Virus record (IMG/VR): IMGVR_UViG_3300048998_000149
Coordinates: 1-64,000 of that record
From: a virus
Taxonomy: Duplodnaviria > Caudoviricetes
Strand: one strand, 5' to 3'
Length of the DNA stretch: 64,000 nucleotides
Shown here: positions 36,575-45,801 of the stretch, piece after piece
Layout: the number at the start of each line of letters is the position of its first letter
Numbering within the stretch: the stretch's first letter is position 1
Notes under the pieces: generated by a model
Seen by the model: the letters and a program-made list of their open reading frames with translations, nothing else
Told to the model about the DNA's origin: nothing
The model's database searches: none
Program-made: the position numbers and the translations under genes

Positions 36575-36946
36575 ATGCCTGAACCGGTCTACCGCTACCC
36601 CACCCCCGACGAATGGCTCGAACACACCCTCCGAGGCTTCGATCGACGCATCAAGGCCGCCGAGCACAAACTCTCTCAGATAGGGGCCACCATCGTGTCC
36701 GTCCAAGATCAGGTCGACGCCGCCGCCGCTGCCCTCGCCGACCTCAACGCCAAGGTGACCTCCGAGGACTCCGCCCTCAAGGCCGCTGTTGTGGCCATCC
36801 AGGAGTGGATTGCCGCGCAGCCGCCCGCCGTGGACGTCACCGGGCTCGAAGCTGCCGTGAGCACTCTGACCGCCGCGAATGACGAGCTGGCCGCAGATGT
36901 GACCGCAGCCGCCGCACTCGTCCCCGCTGCCCCGCCCGTCGCCTGA
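36575..36946 (+). CDS. Ala-rich coiled-coil protein
   Basis: heptad pattern. Confidence 0.7.
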   Translation: MPEPVYRYPTPDEWLEHTLRGFDRRIKAAEHKLSQIGATIVSVQDQVDAAAAALADLNAKVTSEDSALKAAVVAIQEWIAAQPPAVDVTGLEAAVSTLTAANDELAADVTAAAALVPAAPPVA

Positions 36947-36962
36947 CCCTGTACGACAGCGA

Positions 36963-36993
36963 GAGAGGCCCCCGGCGCTGCTGGGGGCCTCTC
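36963..36993. terminator. bidirectional stem-loop between convergent genes
   Basis: GAGAGGCCCCCGGC...CTGGGGGCCTCTC. Confidence 0.7.
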
Positions 36994-37016
36994 GTGCCTG
37001 CGTTCCAGGAGTTAAG

Positions 37017-37244
37017 TCATCGAGCTCCCCACAGTTCGTTGAAGTAGCGGCGATGAGTGCGCTTCATCGCTTCCCGCGACTCCGCGCTCAGCACAACGAT
37101 CTCCAACGGATCACCGCGCGCATCCAGCGCCCGCTGCCGTTCCAGTTCGAACCTGCGCTGAAGCGCCAGCCGCCCGTCGTCGAATGGCTCCTCGGCGATC
37201 GTTTTGGATTGCGCCCGGTCGTACACAAACAGGATGCGGATCAA
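37017..37244 (-). CDS. hypothetical protein, monocistronic moron-like unit
   Basis: AAGGAGG RBS + TTG; own promoter; RTH.RYF motif. Confidence 0.7.
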   Translation of the reverse strand: MIRILFVYDRAQSKTIAEEPFDDGRLALQRRFELERQRALDARGDPLEIVVLSAESREAMKRTHRRYFNELWGAR

Positions 37245-37267
37245 CTGCCCCTCCTTTGTCTGACGTC

Positions 37268-37296
37268 ATCATACAGCGGAACGCTCCTGTAAGCAA
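37268..37296 (-). promoter_or_regulatory. sigmaA-type promoter TTGCTT-N17-TATGAT
   Basis: 5-copy promoter family. Confidence 0.8.
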
Positions 37297-37321
37297 TACT
37301 TCAAGCCTAGGGAGACCTCGC

Positions 37322-38947
37322 GTGTCTAGCCCGCAGACCCACCTCCCCGTCCCCGGTTCGACCCGCAGCGCCCCGTTCGCCGCGTTCCGTCTGCGCGACG
37401 CCGAACCTGAGGCGCACGTCGAAACTACCCTGATCTTGCGGCGACCGGACGACGGGCAGATGGACGCCGACCCGGGCGACATTGCCGCCGTCCAGGCGTT
37501 CGCCGCCGAGCACGGCTTGGGCACGGTGGCGACCCACCCGCCGGCCCGCGCAATCACCCTCGCGGGCACCGTCGCCCAGATGAACGACGCCTTCCACGTC
37601 GACCTGGGCGAGTACATCCACGCCGACCGCTCCTACCGGGGCCGTGAGGGCGACGTACACGTGCCCTTCGACATCGCCGGCAGGGTTGTGGCGGTGCTGG
37701 GCCTGGACGAGCGGGCAGCGGCGTTCACCCCTGCGCGCATCTCCCCGCGTGCCAGCAACTCGTTCTCGCCGCAGCAAGTAGCTGCGCACTACAACTTTCC
37801 GACCAACGCGGACGGCACCGGCCAGACGGTCGCGGTGATCGAGCTGGGCGGCGGCTATCGCACGAGCGATCTACAGGCGTATTTCAGCGGCATGGGCCTC
37901 CGGGTTCCGGCGGTGAGTGCCGTATCGGTTGGCGGGGCGACGAACTCGCCTGGCGGCTCCAATGCCGATGTTGAGGTTGCTCTCGATGTTGAGGTGATCG
38001 GTGCGGTTGCCCAAGGTGCAGCGCAGGCTGTCTACTTTGGACCGAACACGGACGCCGGTTTTTATCAGGCGATCGCCACCGCCGTGCATGATCAGGTCCG
38101 CAAGCCCTCGGTGATTTCGATCAGCTGGGGCGGCCCGGAGTCGAGTTGGACCGCGCAGGCACTGGATTCCTACGACGCCCTGTTCGCCGATGCTGGCGCA
38201 CTCGGCATCACCGTGCTCGCGGCGGCTGGCGACAACGGCAGCACCGACGGAACTACTACTAACACAGTTGACTTTCCTGCCTCATCTCCGCACGTCATAG
38301 CATGTGGAGGCACCACACTCACCTCAAGTGGCGAGTGGTCATGGGATGAGTCGTCACGGGGTCAGGGTGCGACTGGCGGCGGGGTCAGCCAGCATTTCGG
38401 GCTGCCGTCGTACCAGGCAAACGTCCGCGTACCGGCGAACCCGAAGGGTCTGCCCGGTCGTGGCGTGCCGGATGTTGCGGGCAATGCGGATCCGATCACC
38501 GGTTACCAGATTTACGTCGGCGGCCAGTCCGGCATCGTCGGCGGTACGAGCGCCGTCGCGCCGTTGTGGGCTGGCTTGCTGGCCATCGCCAACCAGCTCA
38601 ATAACAGCCGTGCAGGCTCGATCCATGCGGCGCTATACGCAAACCCGACCGCATTCACGGACATTACGCTGGGTAACAACGGCGGATACCAGGCCGGCCC
38701 GGGATGGGACCCAGTAACAGGCCTCGGGGTACCGATCGGCTCGCGGATTGTGCAGGCCGTAGCCCCTGCGCCTGCCCCCACACCCGTGCCGGTCCCTGTC
38801 CCGACGCCTGTACCGACCCCTACGCCCACACCGGTGCCCGTGCCCACGCCAGCACCCACGGACGTTCCGGCGCTACTGACGTTCCTCACAGCCGTACAGG
38901 CGGCCTGTACGCAGGCCATCACCGCGCTGAACGCTCTACCGAAGTAG
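37322..38947 (+). CDS. S53 family (kumamolisin/sedolisin-like) protease with prodomain and Pro/Thr tail
   Basis: IELGGG, EVALDVE, SISWG, AAGDNG, GRGVPDVA, GGTSAVAP, GWDPVTGLG. Confidence 0.93.
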   Translation: MSSPQTHLPVPGSTRSAPFAAFRLRDAEPEAHVETTLILRRPDDGQMDADPGDIAAVQAFAAEHGLGTVATHPPARAITLAGTVAQMNDAFHVDLGEYIHADRSYRGREGDVHVPFDIAGRVVAVLGLDERAAAFTPARISPRASNSFSPQQVAAHYNFPTNADGTGQTVAVIELGGGYRTSDLQAYFSGMGLRVPAVSAVSVGGATNSPGGSNADVEVALDVEVIGAVAQGAAQAVYFGPNTDAGFYQAIATAVHDQVRKPSVISISWGGPESSWTAQALDSYDALFADAGALGITVLAAAGDNGSTDGTTTNTVDFPASSPHVIACGGTTLTSSGEWSWDESSRGQGATGGGVSQHFGLPSYQANVRVPANPKGLPGRGVPDVAGNADPITGYQIYVGGQSGIVGGTSAVAPLWAGLLAIANQLNNSRAGSIHAALYANPTAFTDITLGNNGGYQAGPGWDPVTGLGVPIGSRIVQAVAPAPAPTPVPVPVPTPVPTPTPTPVPVPTPAPTDVPALLTFLTAVQAACTQAITALNALPK

Positions 38948-38983
38948 CCCCAACACCGGGGATGGCTGAGGGGACGGTTCGCA

Positions 38984-39232
38984 ATGAGCGATAGGGACAC
39001 CTCGCAGCCTTTCGCGCCGATCGTCGAGCAGTTGGGTATGCGTGCCGAGCTCGGCGACAGCGACCAAGTCACCGCGATGATCATAATCGTCAAGACAGTC
39101 GAATTCGGAACCGGCGAAGTCGGCCTCGGCTACTACCGGTCGCCTGGTCTCGACTGGATCGACGCGCGGGGCATGATCGCCACCGCCCAGGACATCCTGA
39201 CGACCGCCGACCGCGCCGATGACGACGACTGA
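38984..39232 (+). CDS. hypothetical protein
   Basis: ORF. Confidence 0.6.
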   Translation: MSDRDTSQPFAPIVEQLGMRAELGDSDQVTAMIIIVKTVEFGTGEVGLGYYRSPGLDWIDARGMIATAQDILTTADRADDDD

Positions 39233-39238
39233 TGCGGC

Positions 39239-39469
39239 ATGGACCTCGATGAGGTAGTTGCCCGCGCCCGCCACGACATCGACATCCTCACCGCGTCGTT
39301 TGATCGCCTCACCAAGACCGACATCGGCACCCTGGTCCTGGCTGCGCACCTGGACGGCCAGTGCGACGCACTCGAGGACGAGGACCTGGTGGCGGCCACA
39401 CCGGCTGAGCGTGCCGCACACGTTCAGGCACTCCGGGCTGTCGCCAACCGGCTGATGGACATGCCTTGA
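39239..39469 (+). CDS. hypothetical protein
   Basis: ORF. Confidence 0.55.
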   Translation: MDLDEVVARARHDIDILTASFDRLTKTDIGTLVLAAHLDGQCDALEDEDLVAATPAERAAHVQALRAVANRLMDMP

Positions 39470-39709
39470 CTGTCACGCCGGGTATCGACCAGCTGGTCAT
39501 GGCGCTCGGCCTGACCTGCTTGGGTCTGGCGGCCCTCGAGAAGAGCTGGCGGATCGCCCTGTTTGGGCTGCTGCTCATCGCAGCAGTGTTCGTCTTTCCC
39601 GACTGGCTCTAACTATCTCCCACAGTCCGGCCCCCACCCCAAGGACCGACGTCCCCTGCTGCTCCCCACCACCACGCGGGGGGCGTCGGTCCGGCCAACG
39701 GAGACCAAC

Positions 39710-39928
39710 ATGCGCCGCTTCGTACTTCGCCGCACCCACGACGCGACCGGCGTATCGGGCACGGGGGACGTCGCTGAGGGCTGTCAGTTCACGGACGGCA
39801 CTGTCACGATCCGCTGGACGACAGGCGAGCACCGCTCCACGGTCGTCTGGGCGAGCATCGCCGCCGCCTTCCACGTTCATGGGCACAACGGCGCAACGGT
39901 CATAAAATGGTGCGACAATGAGGAGTAG
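39710..39928 (+). CDS. conserved actinophage hypothetical protein
   Basis: F.L.R..D.TGVSGTG.VAEG..F.DG....RW...VHGH.G.T. Confidence 0.75.
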   Translation: MRRFVLRRTHDATGVSGTGDVAEGCQFTDGTVTIRWTTGEHRSTVVWASIAAAFHVHGHNGATVIKWCDNEE

Positions 39929-39995
39929 AAGCGGCCCCCAGGTGCGCTAACACCTGAGGGCCTTACCGACCCACCTGTCTGAGAGGTGAATCGGC

Positions 39996-40514
39996 GTGGC
40001 CGATCGTATCTGCTCCGTGCCGGAATGTCCCCGTAAGCACTACGCCCTCGGCTACTGCTACCTGCACTGGGGCCGCTGCCGTGCCCACGGCGAGCCCGGC
40101 TCCGCCCAGGGGAGGCAGTACAGGGTCGCCGGGTGCACGGTCGCGGACTGCGCGGCGCCGCACAAGGCCGGCGGGTACTGCAATAAGCACTACCTCCGGT
40201 TCCGGTTGCACGGCGACGCCCTCACGCTGCCAGAACCGACCGTTTACTTTGGCGCTGAGCATCCGGCCTGGAAGGGCGACGGCGTCTGCTATGGCCGGGC
40301 CCACACTCGCGTCGTTGATCTAAATGGGTCCGCCTCTCACCACAGCTGCATCCAGTGCAGTACCCAGGCCGAGGACTGGGCGTATCTGTACGGTGCGCCC
40401 GACGAGCGACGGGATGAGCGTGGACGGCCATACAGCACGAACCCCAGTTCCTACGCTCCGATGTGTCGCTCCTGCCACAAGACGTTCGACAACGCCCACC
40501 GTCGATCCGAATAA
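39996..40514 (+). CDS. HNH-type homing endonuclease
   Basis: two CSV..C...H...GYC..H repeats; PMCRSCH; hairpin-containing leader. Confidence 0.75.
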   Translation: MADRICSVPECPRKHYALGYCYLHWGRCRAHGEPGSAQGRQYRVAGCTVADCAAPHKAGGYCNKHYLRFRLHGDALTLPEPTVYFGAEHPAWKGDGVCYGRAHTRVVDLNGSASHHSCIQCSTQAEDWAYLYGAPDERRDERGRPYSTNPSSYAPMCRSCHKTFDNAHRRSE

Positions 40515-40625
40515 GCCGACGCGCCTCGACGTGCGGCGTGCGCACAAGCCCTGTCACGCAAACTGCCGCGACCAGTGCTCCGACAGCTGCGACGACGACT
40601 GCTGCGACAACGGGCCGAGCGCGGC

Positions 40626-41045
40626 ATGACGGACGAGGAACGCGCCAGCGTCGAGGGGCGCAAGAGCACCGAGCGGCTGTTCCTGGCTCGCGGCCCGTCC
40701 GAGGCCACCGTGACGGCTACCTATGAACGCGACGCGAACCGCATCCGATTGGACATCACGGCCGACGCCGATACTGCCTACGTCAACGCGTCTGTCACCA
40801 GAGGCAACGGCCTATGCCGGGACGCGCTCTGGCCCGCCGCAGGGCTTCTCGCCGACTGGCCCCCGAAGGGGGTAGCCCCAGTCGGCGGTTCGGCGGTGAT
40901 CTACGACTACTTGGCGCCGCTGAACATGCCCAGCGAGTATCTGGTGACCTTCTACCAGGGGCCTCGGCGGATCCTGAAGTTTGCCCGTACCGCCGCGGTC
41001 ACCCCGCGCGATGACCGGCACTGGTTGAAGCGCCCAGCGACGTGA
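40626..41045 (+). CDS. hypothetical protein resembling a minor tail protein N-terminus
   Basis: YDYLAPL..P..Y...WLK.P. Confidence 0.5.
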   Translation: MTDEERASVEGRKSTERLFLARGPSEATVTATYERDANRIRLDITADADTAYVNASVTRGNGLCRDALWPAAGLLADWPPKGVAPVGGSAVIYDYLAPLNMPSEYLVTFYQGPRRILKFARTAAVTPRDDRHWLKRPAT

Positions 41046-41300
41046 AGCTTCACCGCCGCTGCAAGCCAGGTACCTGCGAAGGCTGTGATCTTCGCCGAGA
41101 CGCACTCAAAACGCCCACGCCGAAACCACGCCGAGGTACCCGATGAAGCTCCGCGAGGCACTTCTCCTGGCCCTGCTCACCCGCAACCCGCTGGGTTTGG
41201 CCGTGCTGGACCGCGAAGTCGCCAAGACGGTCGACCAGCGGATCGCGGCCAACAACACAGCTCTAGCCGACGCCCTCGCACGCCAGAAGGGCTGAGGCGG

Positions 41301-41522
41301 ATGAAGCTCCGCGTAGCCCTCATCAAGGCACTGTTCAGCCGCAACCCTGTGGCCAAGTTTGAGCGCTGGCAGACCGAACAGTTCCGCCAGCAGGTCAACC
41401 GCGCCGCAGGTGTCGACGTGCACATCCACCTGGACGGCCAGGAACTGTCGACGGCGTTCAAGGCGTACACCGACAAGAGCCTCGAGGCCTTCGCGGCATC
41501 CATCGCACGCCAAAGGCGGTGA
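41301..41522 (+). CDS. hypothetical protein
   Basis: VHIHLDGQEL motif. Confidence 0.5.
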   Translation: MKLRVALIKALFSRNPVAKFERWQTEQFRQQVNRAAGVDVHIHLDGQELSTAFKAYTDKSLEAFAASIARQRR

Positions 41523-41776
41523 CCGCCATGTACCGGCTCCCCGCCAATGTGCTGTCCGACGCCGACCAGTCGAAAGCCCACACCGACCAGGTCATCGCAG
41601 GCATGGTCGCCAGCCTCCGCAGCGACCTCGCCGAAGGCATCGACCTGACCACCTTGTGGTGGACGCTGTCCCGAGGGTTCAACCGCGATCCGGAAACCAC
41701 CAAAGCGCACCTGGCGGTAGGTCTGGCGGCTGCGATTTTGCAGCTGGCCACCCGGGATGCGGCACCCGATGCCTAG
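41519..41776 (+). CDS. hypothetical protein
   Basis: coupled ORF. Confidence 0.55.
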   Translation: MTAMYRLPANVLSDADQSKAHTDQVIAGMVASLRSDLAEGIDLTTLWWTLSRGFNRDPETTKAHLAVGLAAAILQLATRDAAPDA

Positions 41777-42545
41777 CCCAGGTAGAACGCGGATCAAAAC
41801 CCCCAACGCGGCCAAGATCCTGATCATGGACATCGAGCGCCTACCTGGGCTGGCGCGTGTGTGGGAGCCGAGGACGAAGTACATCGGCCCCCGCAACTTT
41901 GTGGAGTGGCCGAGCCTGCTCTGCTGGGCGGCGCGTTGGTACGGCGAGAAAGAACAGATGTTCGCGGCCGAGTGGATAAGCCACGACGACATGATTTCCG
42001 AAATGTGGGCACTTTACGATCAAGCTGACATCCTCGTCAGCTTCAACGGGATCGGGTTCGATTCTAGGCATCTCAAGAGTGAGTGGCTGATGGCAGGCCT
42101 ACAGCCGCCGAGGCCATGGAAAGACGTTGACCTGTACAAAGTGGTCAAGCAGTTCGGTTTCGAAAGCAAGAGTTTGGATTCGGTCTCGAGACGCCTTGGT
42201 CGTCCGGGCAAGGCTCTTTCTTATAATATGGATCTTGCGTACGCAGCCCAGGGCGGCAGTGTGCGCGCCCAGAACACGCTGCGCCGCTACAACGCCGGCG
42301 ACGTCGAGCTGACCGAGTGGCTGTATGACCGGCTGCGCGGCTGGATCCCCACCCATCCGATCATCGGCGCCACCGATGGTGAAGATAAACGCTGCAACCA
42401 GTGCGGCTCGGACAAGCTGCGCAACCAGCCGTCCAAGTACCGCGCGGTGGTCATCGACTACAACCTCCTCAGATGTGCCCACTGCGGCGGCCTGAGCCGT
42501 GCGGGTTGGCACAGCAGGGTCTCATCCACCCGTGGTGTCGCATGA
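41769..42545 (+). CDS. RNase H-like (DnaQ/YprB-type) 3'-5' exonuclease with C-terminal zinc ribbon
   Basis: IMDIE, FNG..FD, SLD, YN.GDV.LTE.LY. Confidence 0.85.
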   Translation: MPSPGRTRIKTPNAAKILIMDIERLPGLARVWEPRTKYIGPRNFVEWPSLLCWAARWYGEKEQMFAAEWISHDDMISEMWALYDQADILVSFNGIGFDSRHLKSEWLMAGLQPPRPWKDVDLYKVVKQFGFESKSLDSVSRRLGRPGKALSYNMDLAYAAQGGSVRAQNTLRRYNAGDVELTEWLYDRLRGWIPTHPIIGATDGEDKRCNQCGSDKLRNQPSKYRAVVIDYNLLRCAHCGGLSRAGWHSRVSSTRGVA

Positions 42546-42772
42546 TCGACGGCGGCCGACCGGTGGCGGAAGCCGCCGTGAGCACGCTGAAAATCTACTG
42601 CTCTCGCTGCGGCGGACCCGCCGTCTGCCCGCTGGCCACCGACCACGTGCGCGTCGATGGTCTCGGCACGCTGATGTCGTGGACGTTGCATCCGCCGGTC
42701 GATGATGAGTATTGCTGTTGGCCCGACAGGCCGGTGTGGCAACTGAAAAAGCCCACACGCGGAGTCGCCTGA
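42542..42772 (+). CDS. zinc-finger hypothetical protein
   Basis: CSRC; coupled. Confidence 0.5.
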   Translation: MIDGGRPVAEAAVSTLKIYCSRCGGPAVCPLATDHVRVDGLGTLMSWTLHPPVDDEYCCWPDRPVWQLKKPTRGVA

Positions 42773-42927
42773 TGAACGACGACGACGCAGCCCCAGGTCA
42801 GCACTGCACCGAATGCGGCGGCCCTGGCCACGTGTGGTGCCTCGACATTCCCGACCCGTTCGTCGAACCTCTCGCAGCTGTACTAGCCAACCCACACTGC
42901 GACTGACCGCCACACGCACCCGAACGT

Positions 42928-43005
42928 GGTGAGCGATGCCGAAGCGGACGAGGCCCAAGGTTGTGAACCTTGGTTTAGCGGGTTCGAGTCCCGTCGCTCA
43001 CCCCA
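42928..43005 (+). tRNA. tRNA-His (GTG)
   Basis: G-1 with GTGAGCG/CGCTCAC-C acceptor, CAAGG-TTGTGAA-CCTTG anticodon arm, GCGGG-TTCGAGT-CCCGT T arm, encoded CCA. Confidence 0.88.
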
Positions 43006-43033
43006 ACCACGCCGACCACCGAAGGGAGCCACC

Positions 43034-43621
43034 ATGGCCACCAACACCCCTGACACCCCCAAGGACGACGCAGCGGCCAACGGTGCTCCCGCAGGGCAGC
43101 CCGAAGCCGCCACGCCCGCAGCGGCCCCCACAGCGTCGAAGCGGCGTGGCCGGCCGAACATGCGCATGAACTCGAAAACCAGCCCCGCTGCGATCGAACG
43201 CCTCGAACGCGACCTAGCCAACGTCAACCTGCGCCGCTCCGGTGTCGCCTGGGATGCCATCGCCACCCAGCTCGGCTACGCCGACGCAGGCCACGCCCAT
43301 CGCCGCTTCATGGCCGTCATGGCCGCATACCCGCGTGAGGACGTCGACCAGGCCCGCCAGGTCGAACTAGACCGCCTCGACCAAATCCAGCACGCCATCT
43401 GGGCGCAGTGTTTGGACACCGAAAGCAAAAATCAGCATTGGGCGATCGACCGCATGCTGAAACTCTCTGACCAGCGCGCCAGGTTGCTCGGCTTGAACGC
43501 CCCTGTCAGGCAGGAGATCTCCGTGCTGTCCGAGTCGGTTGTCGATAAGGCGATCCGCGAGTTGCAGGCACAGATGCAGGCTCAGGCCAGCGAGGCTGGC
43601 GTAGAACTACCCGCCGAGTAG
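43034..43621 (+). CDS. terminase small subunit (putative)
   Basis: LRR.G..W..IA.QLGY; EL.RLD; AIDR.LK..DQRARLLGL.AP.RQEI. Confidence 0.7.
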   Translation: MATNTPDTPKDDAAANGAPAGQPEAATPAAAPTASKRRGRPNMRMNSKTSPAAIERLERDLANVNLRRSGVAWDAIATQLGYADAGHAHRRFMAVMAAYPREDVDQARQVELDRLDQIQHAIWAQCLDTESKNQHWAIDRMLKLSDQRARLLGLNAPVRQEISVLSESVVDKAIRELQAQMQAQASEAGVELPAE

Positions 43622-43873
43622 GTGTAGCCCGCGCACTCGGCAGCCCAGGCAGTAGCCGTCCGCTAGGGCCACGCGCAGGCTCTCGTGGCCTTCCACGGTG
43701 GTCCGGCCGCATCCCACGCATGGCACTTCCGGCCCTGATTCGAGCGGGTCGACAGGTTCGGCCGTCGCCTCGGGGAGCACTGTGCGGCCCAGGCGGCAGC
43801 GTTCGCACACGTCGCGCCCTTCGCCGAGCAGGAACAGTTTCTGTCCGCAGCGCCTGCACTCAGTCGGGATCAC
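43607..43873 (-). CDS. double zinc-finger protein
   Basis: four CxxC pairs. Confidence 0.55.
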   Translation of the reverse strand: MIPTECRRCGQKLFLLGEGRDVCERCRLGRTVLPEATAEPVDPLESGPEVPCVGCGRTTVEGHESLRVALADGYCLGCRVRGLHLLGG

Positions 43874-44279
43874 GACCGCTGCCCTTGGCCTGGAGATACT
43901 TAGATCGAGCCGCCTGGAACGCGTCCCGGTCTCCGCCCCTGTCTGGATGGGCGTCGGCCATTGCACGCCGCAGCTCCGACACGGATCGCGGTCCCGGTCG
44001 GCGGCTGATGATCTCCGGTGGTTCGACATAGACGGGGAAGTCCTTCTCCCACCATCGGCCTGACCGCCGGTACACCTTGCCTTCGGTCTCAAGCTTGATC
44101 CGGTCAACGAACCCGATCTCGGGGCCGCGGTAGGTTTCTTCCCGGACGTAGTAGATCCGCTTAGCTGTCTTCTTCGTGATCCGGAATCGAACGACGACCG
44201 AAACGAAGTCGGTGTGTTCGCCGTAGTCCTTCCCGTAGAGGTACTCGACGGGAGCGGCGTCCTGTGGTGGCTCGGTCAC
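43860..44279 (-). CDS. protein with C-terminal J-domain
   Basis: LRRAMADAHPDRGGDRDAFQ....Y. Confidence 0.7.
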   Translation of the reverse strand: MTEPPQDAAPVEYLYGKDYGEHTDFVSVVVRFRITKKTAKRIYYVREETYRGPEIGFVDRIKLETEGKVYRRSGRWWEKDFPVYVEPPEIISRRPGPRSVSELRRAMADAHPDRGGDRDAFQAARSKYLQAKGSGRDPD

Positions 44280-44641
44280 TGTTGCGGCTCGGGTGACAGC
44301 AGGGACCGTTTCGCTTCGATCTCCGCGTCTCGTTGGCGGTCGATGCCGTTCGCACAGTGAGGTAGTCCTCGCGCGAACGCTGCCTCACCGATGGGATGCA
44401 GTCCCTGGTAGTTGTAGCGGGGCCGCTCGGTCCTGATGGCCAGCAGCTCAGCGTCGTGCGTGGCTTCCCTGCTTGGCAGGAAGTCGAGGGTGATGCGCTC
44501 GATTTCCGCAGCCCAGTGCTTCGCCCTGGCATAGGCGATGCGGTCGGCTATCTGCGCTAGGTGCGTTCGGCCGACGTACAGCAGCGTGGCGTCTAGCGCC
44601 CAGATGCGGTACACGATGTGGATTTTGATGGCGGGGGCCAT
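44276..44641 (-). CDS. GIY-YIG-like protein
   Basis: VYR.W....LLYVG.T...AE..AI..ERP.YN. Confidence 0.7.
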   Translation of the reverse strand: MAPAIKIHIVYRIWALDATLLYVGRTHLAQIADRIAYARAKHWAAEIERITLDFLPSREATHDAELLAIRTERPRYNYQGLHPIGEAAFARGLPHCANGIDRQRDAEIEAKRSLLSPEPQQ

Positions 44642-44818
44642 TTAGCGGGTCCTCTTCGGGGTGGTGCGAGCCGTCATGGCCTCGCTGAGGAGCTTTCGAA
44701 TCATCTGGGACACGTTGCCCTCGGTTTCAAGGTCGGCGAGGCGACGCACTTCGGCGAGTGCGGTTGGCGCCAGCCGGACCGGGAAAACCTCCCGAGGAGC
44801 CCGTTTCGTATCTGTCAC
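44642..44818 (-). CDS. ribbon-helix-helix protein (leaderless)
   Basis: VFPVRL......VRRLA.....NVSQMIRKLL; TGG-TAGAAT 7 nt upstream. Confidence 0.7.
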   Translation of the reverse strand: MTDTKRAPREVFPVRLAPTALAEVRRLADLETEGNVSQMIRKLLSEAMTARTTPKRTR

Positions 44819-44899
44819 GATTACGATTCTACCACATTTAAGGGTGGCGTAGTCGGATGGATTACGCGTCTGACCTGCGCTTATGGTAAACTGGGTGTC

Positions 44900-45094
44900 A
44901 TGGAGCCACCGTCCAGTCAGGCTGTCAGCATCAACCGGGCAGTCGAGCTCATGTTCGACGCGTTCGACCTCGCCGAGGAAGGCGAACACAGCCTCGGCTA
45001 CTACAACCGCCCGAGCGGTGTCGTCGATGCGCAGGCCGCCGAGATCGTCAGGGCACTCCTAGCGGCCGGCTGGCAGGTGCCGTCCGATGACTGA
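44900..45094 (+). CDS. hypothetical protein (leaderless)
   Basis: TGG-TAAACT just upstream. Confidence 0.55.
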   Translation: MEPPSSQAVSINRAVELMFDAFDLAEEGEHSLGYYNRPSGVVDAQAAEIVRALLAAGWQVPSDD

Positions 45095-45329
45095 CCCGCA
45101 GCGCTGCTCAACGTGCGACAAGCTCCCACCGCTGGCATTCCTCGCGCCCACCGTGCACTGCCGCGTCGCGGAGTTCGTCCTCGAAGCTGACGACCACGGC
45201 AACCACATCACCGTGCACGCCGCCCAGACCTACAGCCGTAAAGGGCTGACAGACAACCCGGCAGCCCTCAACGTCGAGCAAGCCCAACGGCTCCGCGACT
45301 GGCTCACCACCTGGCTAGACCGCCAATGA
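45087..45329 (+). CDS. hypothetical protein
   Basis: coupled ORF. Confidence 0.55.
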   Translation: MTDPQRCSTCDKLPPLAFLAPTVHCRVAEFVLEADDHGNHITVHAAQTYSRKGLTDNPAALNVEQAQRLRDWLTTWLDRQ

Positions 45330-45553
45330 GCGAGCTGCGTCCGTGCCTCGTCGCCACCGCAGGCGTGCCCCTGAAGATCTACCACCACTGCCCCAACGGG
45401 GAGGCTTGCAGCTGCACCGTCGTAGTCGACCCGCCCGAACTGGCCGACCGCCTCCAGCTCATCCACATCCCGGCAGACCCGCAGCAGCCCACAACGATGC
45501 GCGTCAACATCCGACACTCCGACGAGTGGACCAACCTAGAGGTCATCGAGTGA
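45326..45553 (+). CDS. hypothetical protein
   Basis: coupled ORF. Confidence 0.5.
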   Translation: MSELRPCLVATAGVPLKIYHHCPNGEACSCTVVVDPPELADRLQLIHIPADPQQPTTMRVNIRHSDEWTNLEVIE

Positions 45554-45735
45554 CCGACCGAGTCGGTAAGCGTCGCACCCTGAAGTACCGCATGACAGGC
45601 GCCGTGCTGATCGCCACGGCATCCCTCGTCGCCATGGCAGCCCTACTGCAAGCACAGATGACCTGGCAGGCATACGGCGTCCACGCCCTCGGCCTACTCG
45701 CCATCATCCTCCGGCTCAACATCGGCTGGCGATGA
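45550..45735 (+). CDS. two-TM membrane protein
   Basis: hydrophobic; coupled. Confidence 0.5.
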   Translation: MTDRVGKRRTLKYRMTGAVLIATASLVAMAALLQAQMTWQAYGVHALGLLAIILRLNIGWR

Positions 45736-45801
45736 CGAATAACGGGCCATCCCGTCCAATCGTGCGAGACCAAACGCGCGCGGGTATACGGCGTGCGCCT
45801 G

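Noticed and set aside
38765-38860. Short tandem repeats
   Set aside because: They encode the Pro/Thr/Val linker of the S53 protease; not CRISPR-like.
41950-41965. AGAAC-AGAT-GTTCG, LexA-box-like
   Set aside because: Inside the exonuclease CDS, far from any promoter.
44864-44891. TTATGGTAAAC resembles a XerD arm (possible second dif site)
   Set aside because: No ATAA-containing left arm; it is better explained as the extended -10 of the leaderless gene at 44900.
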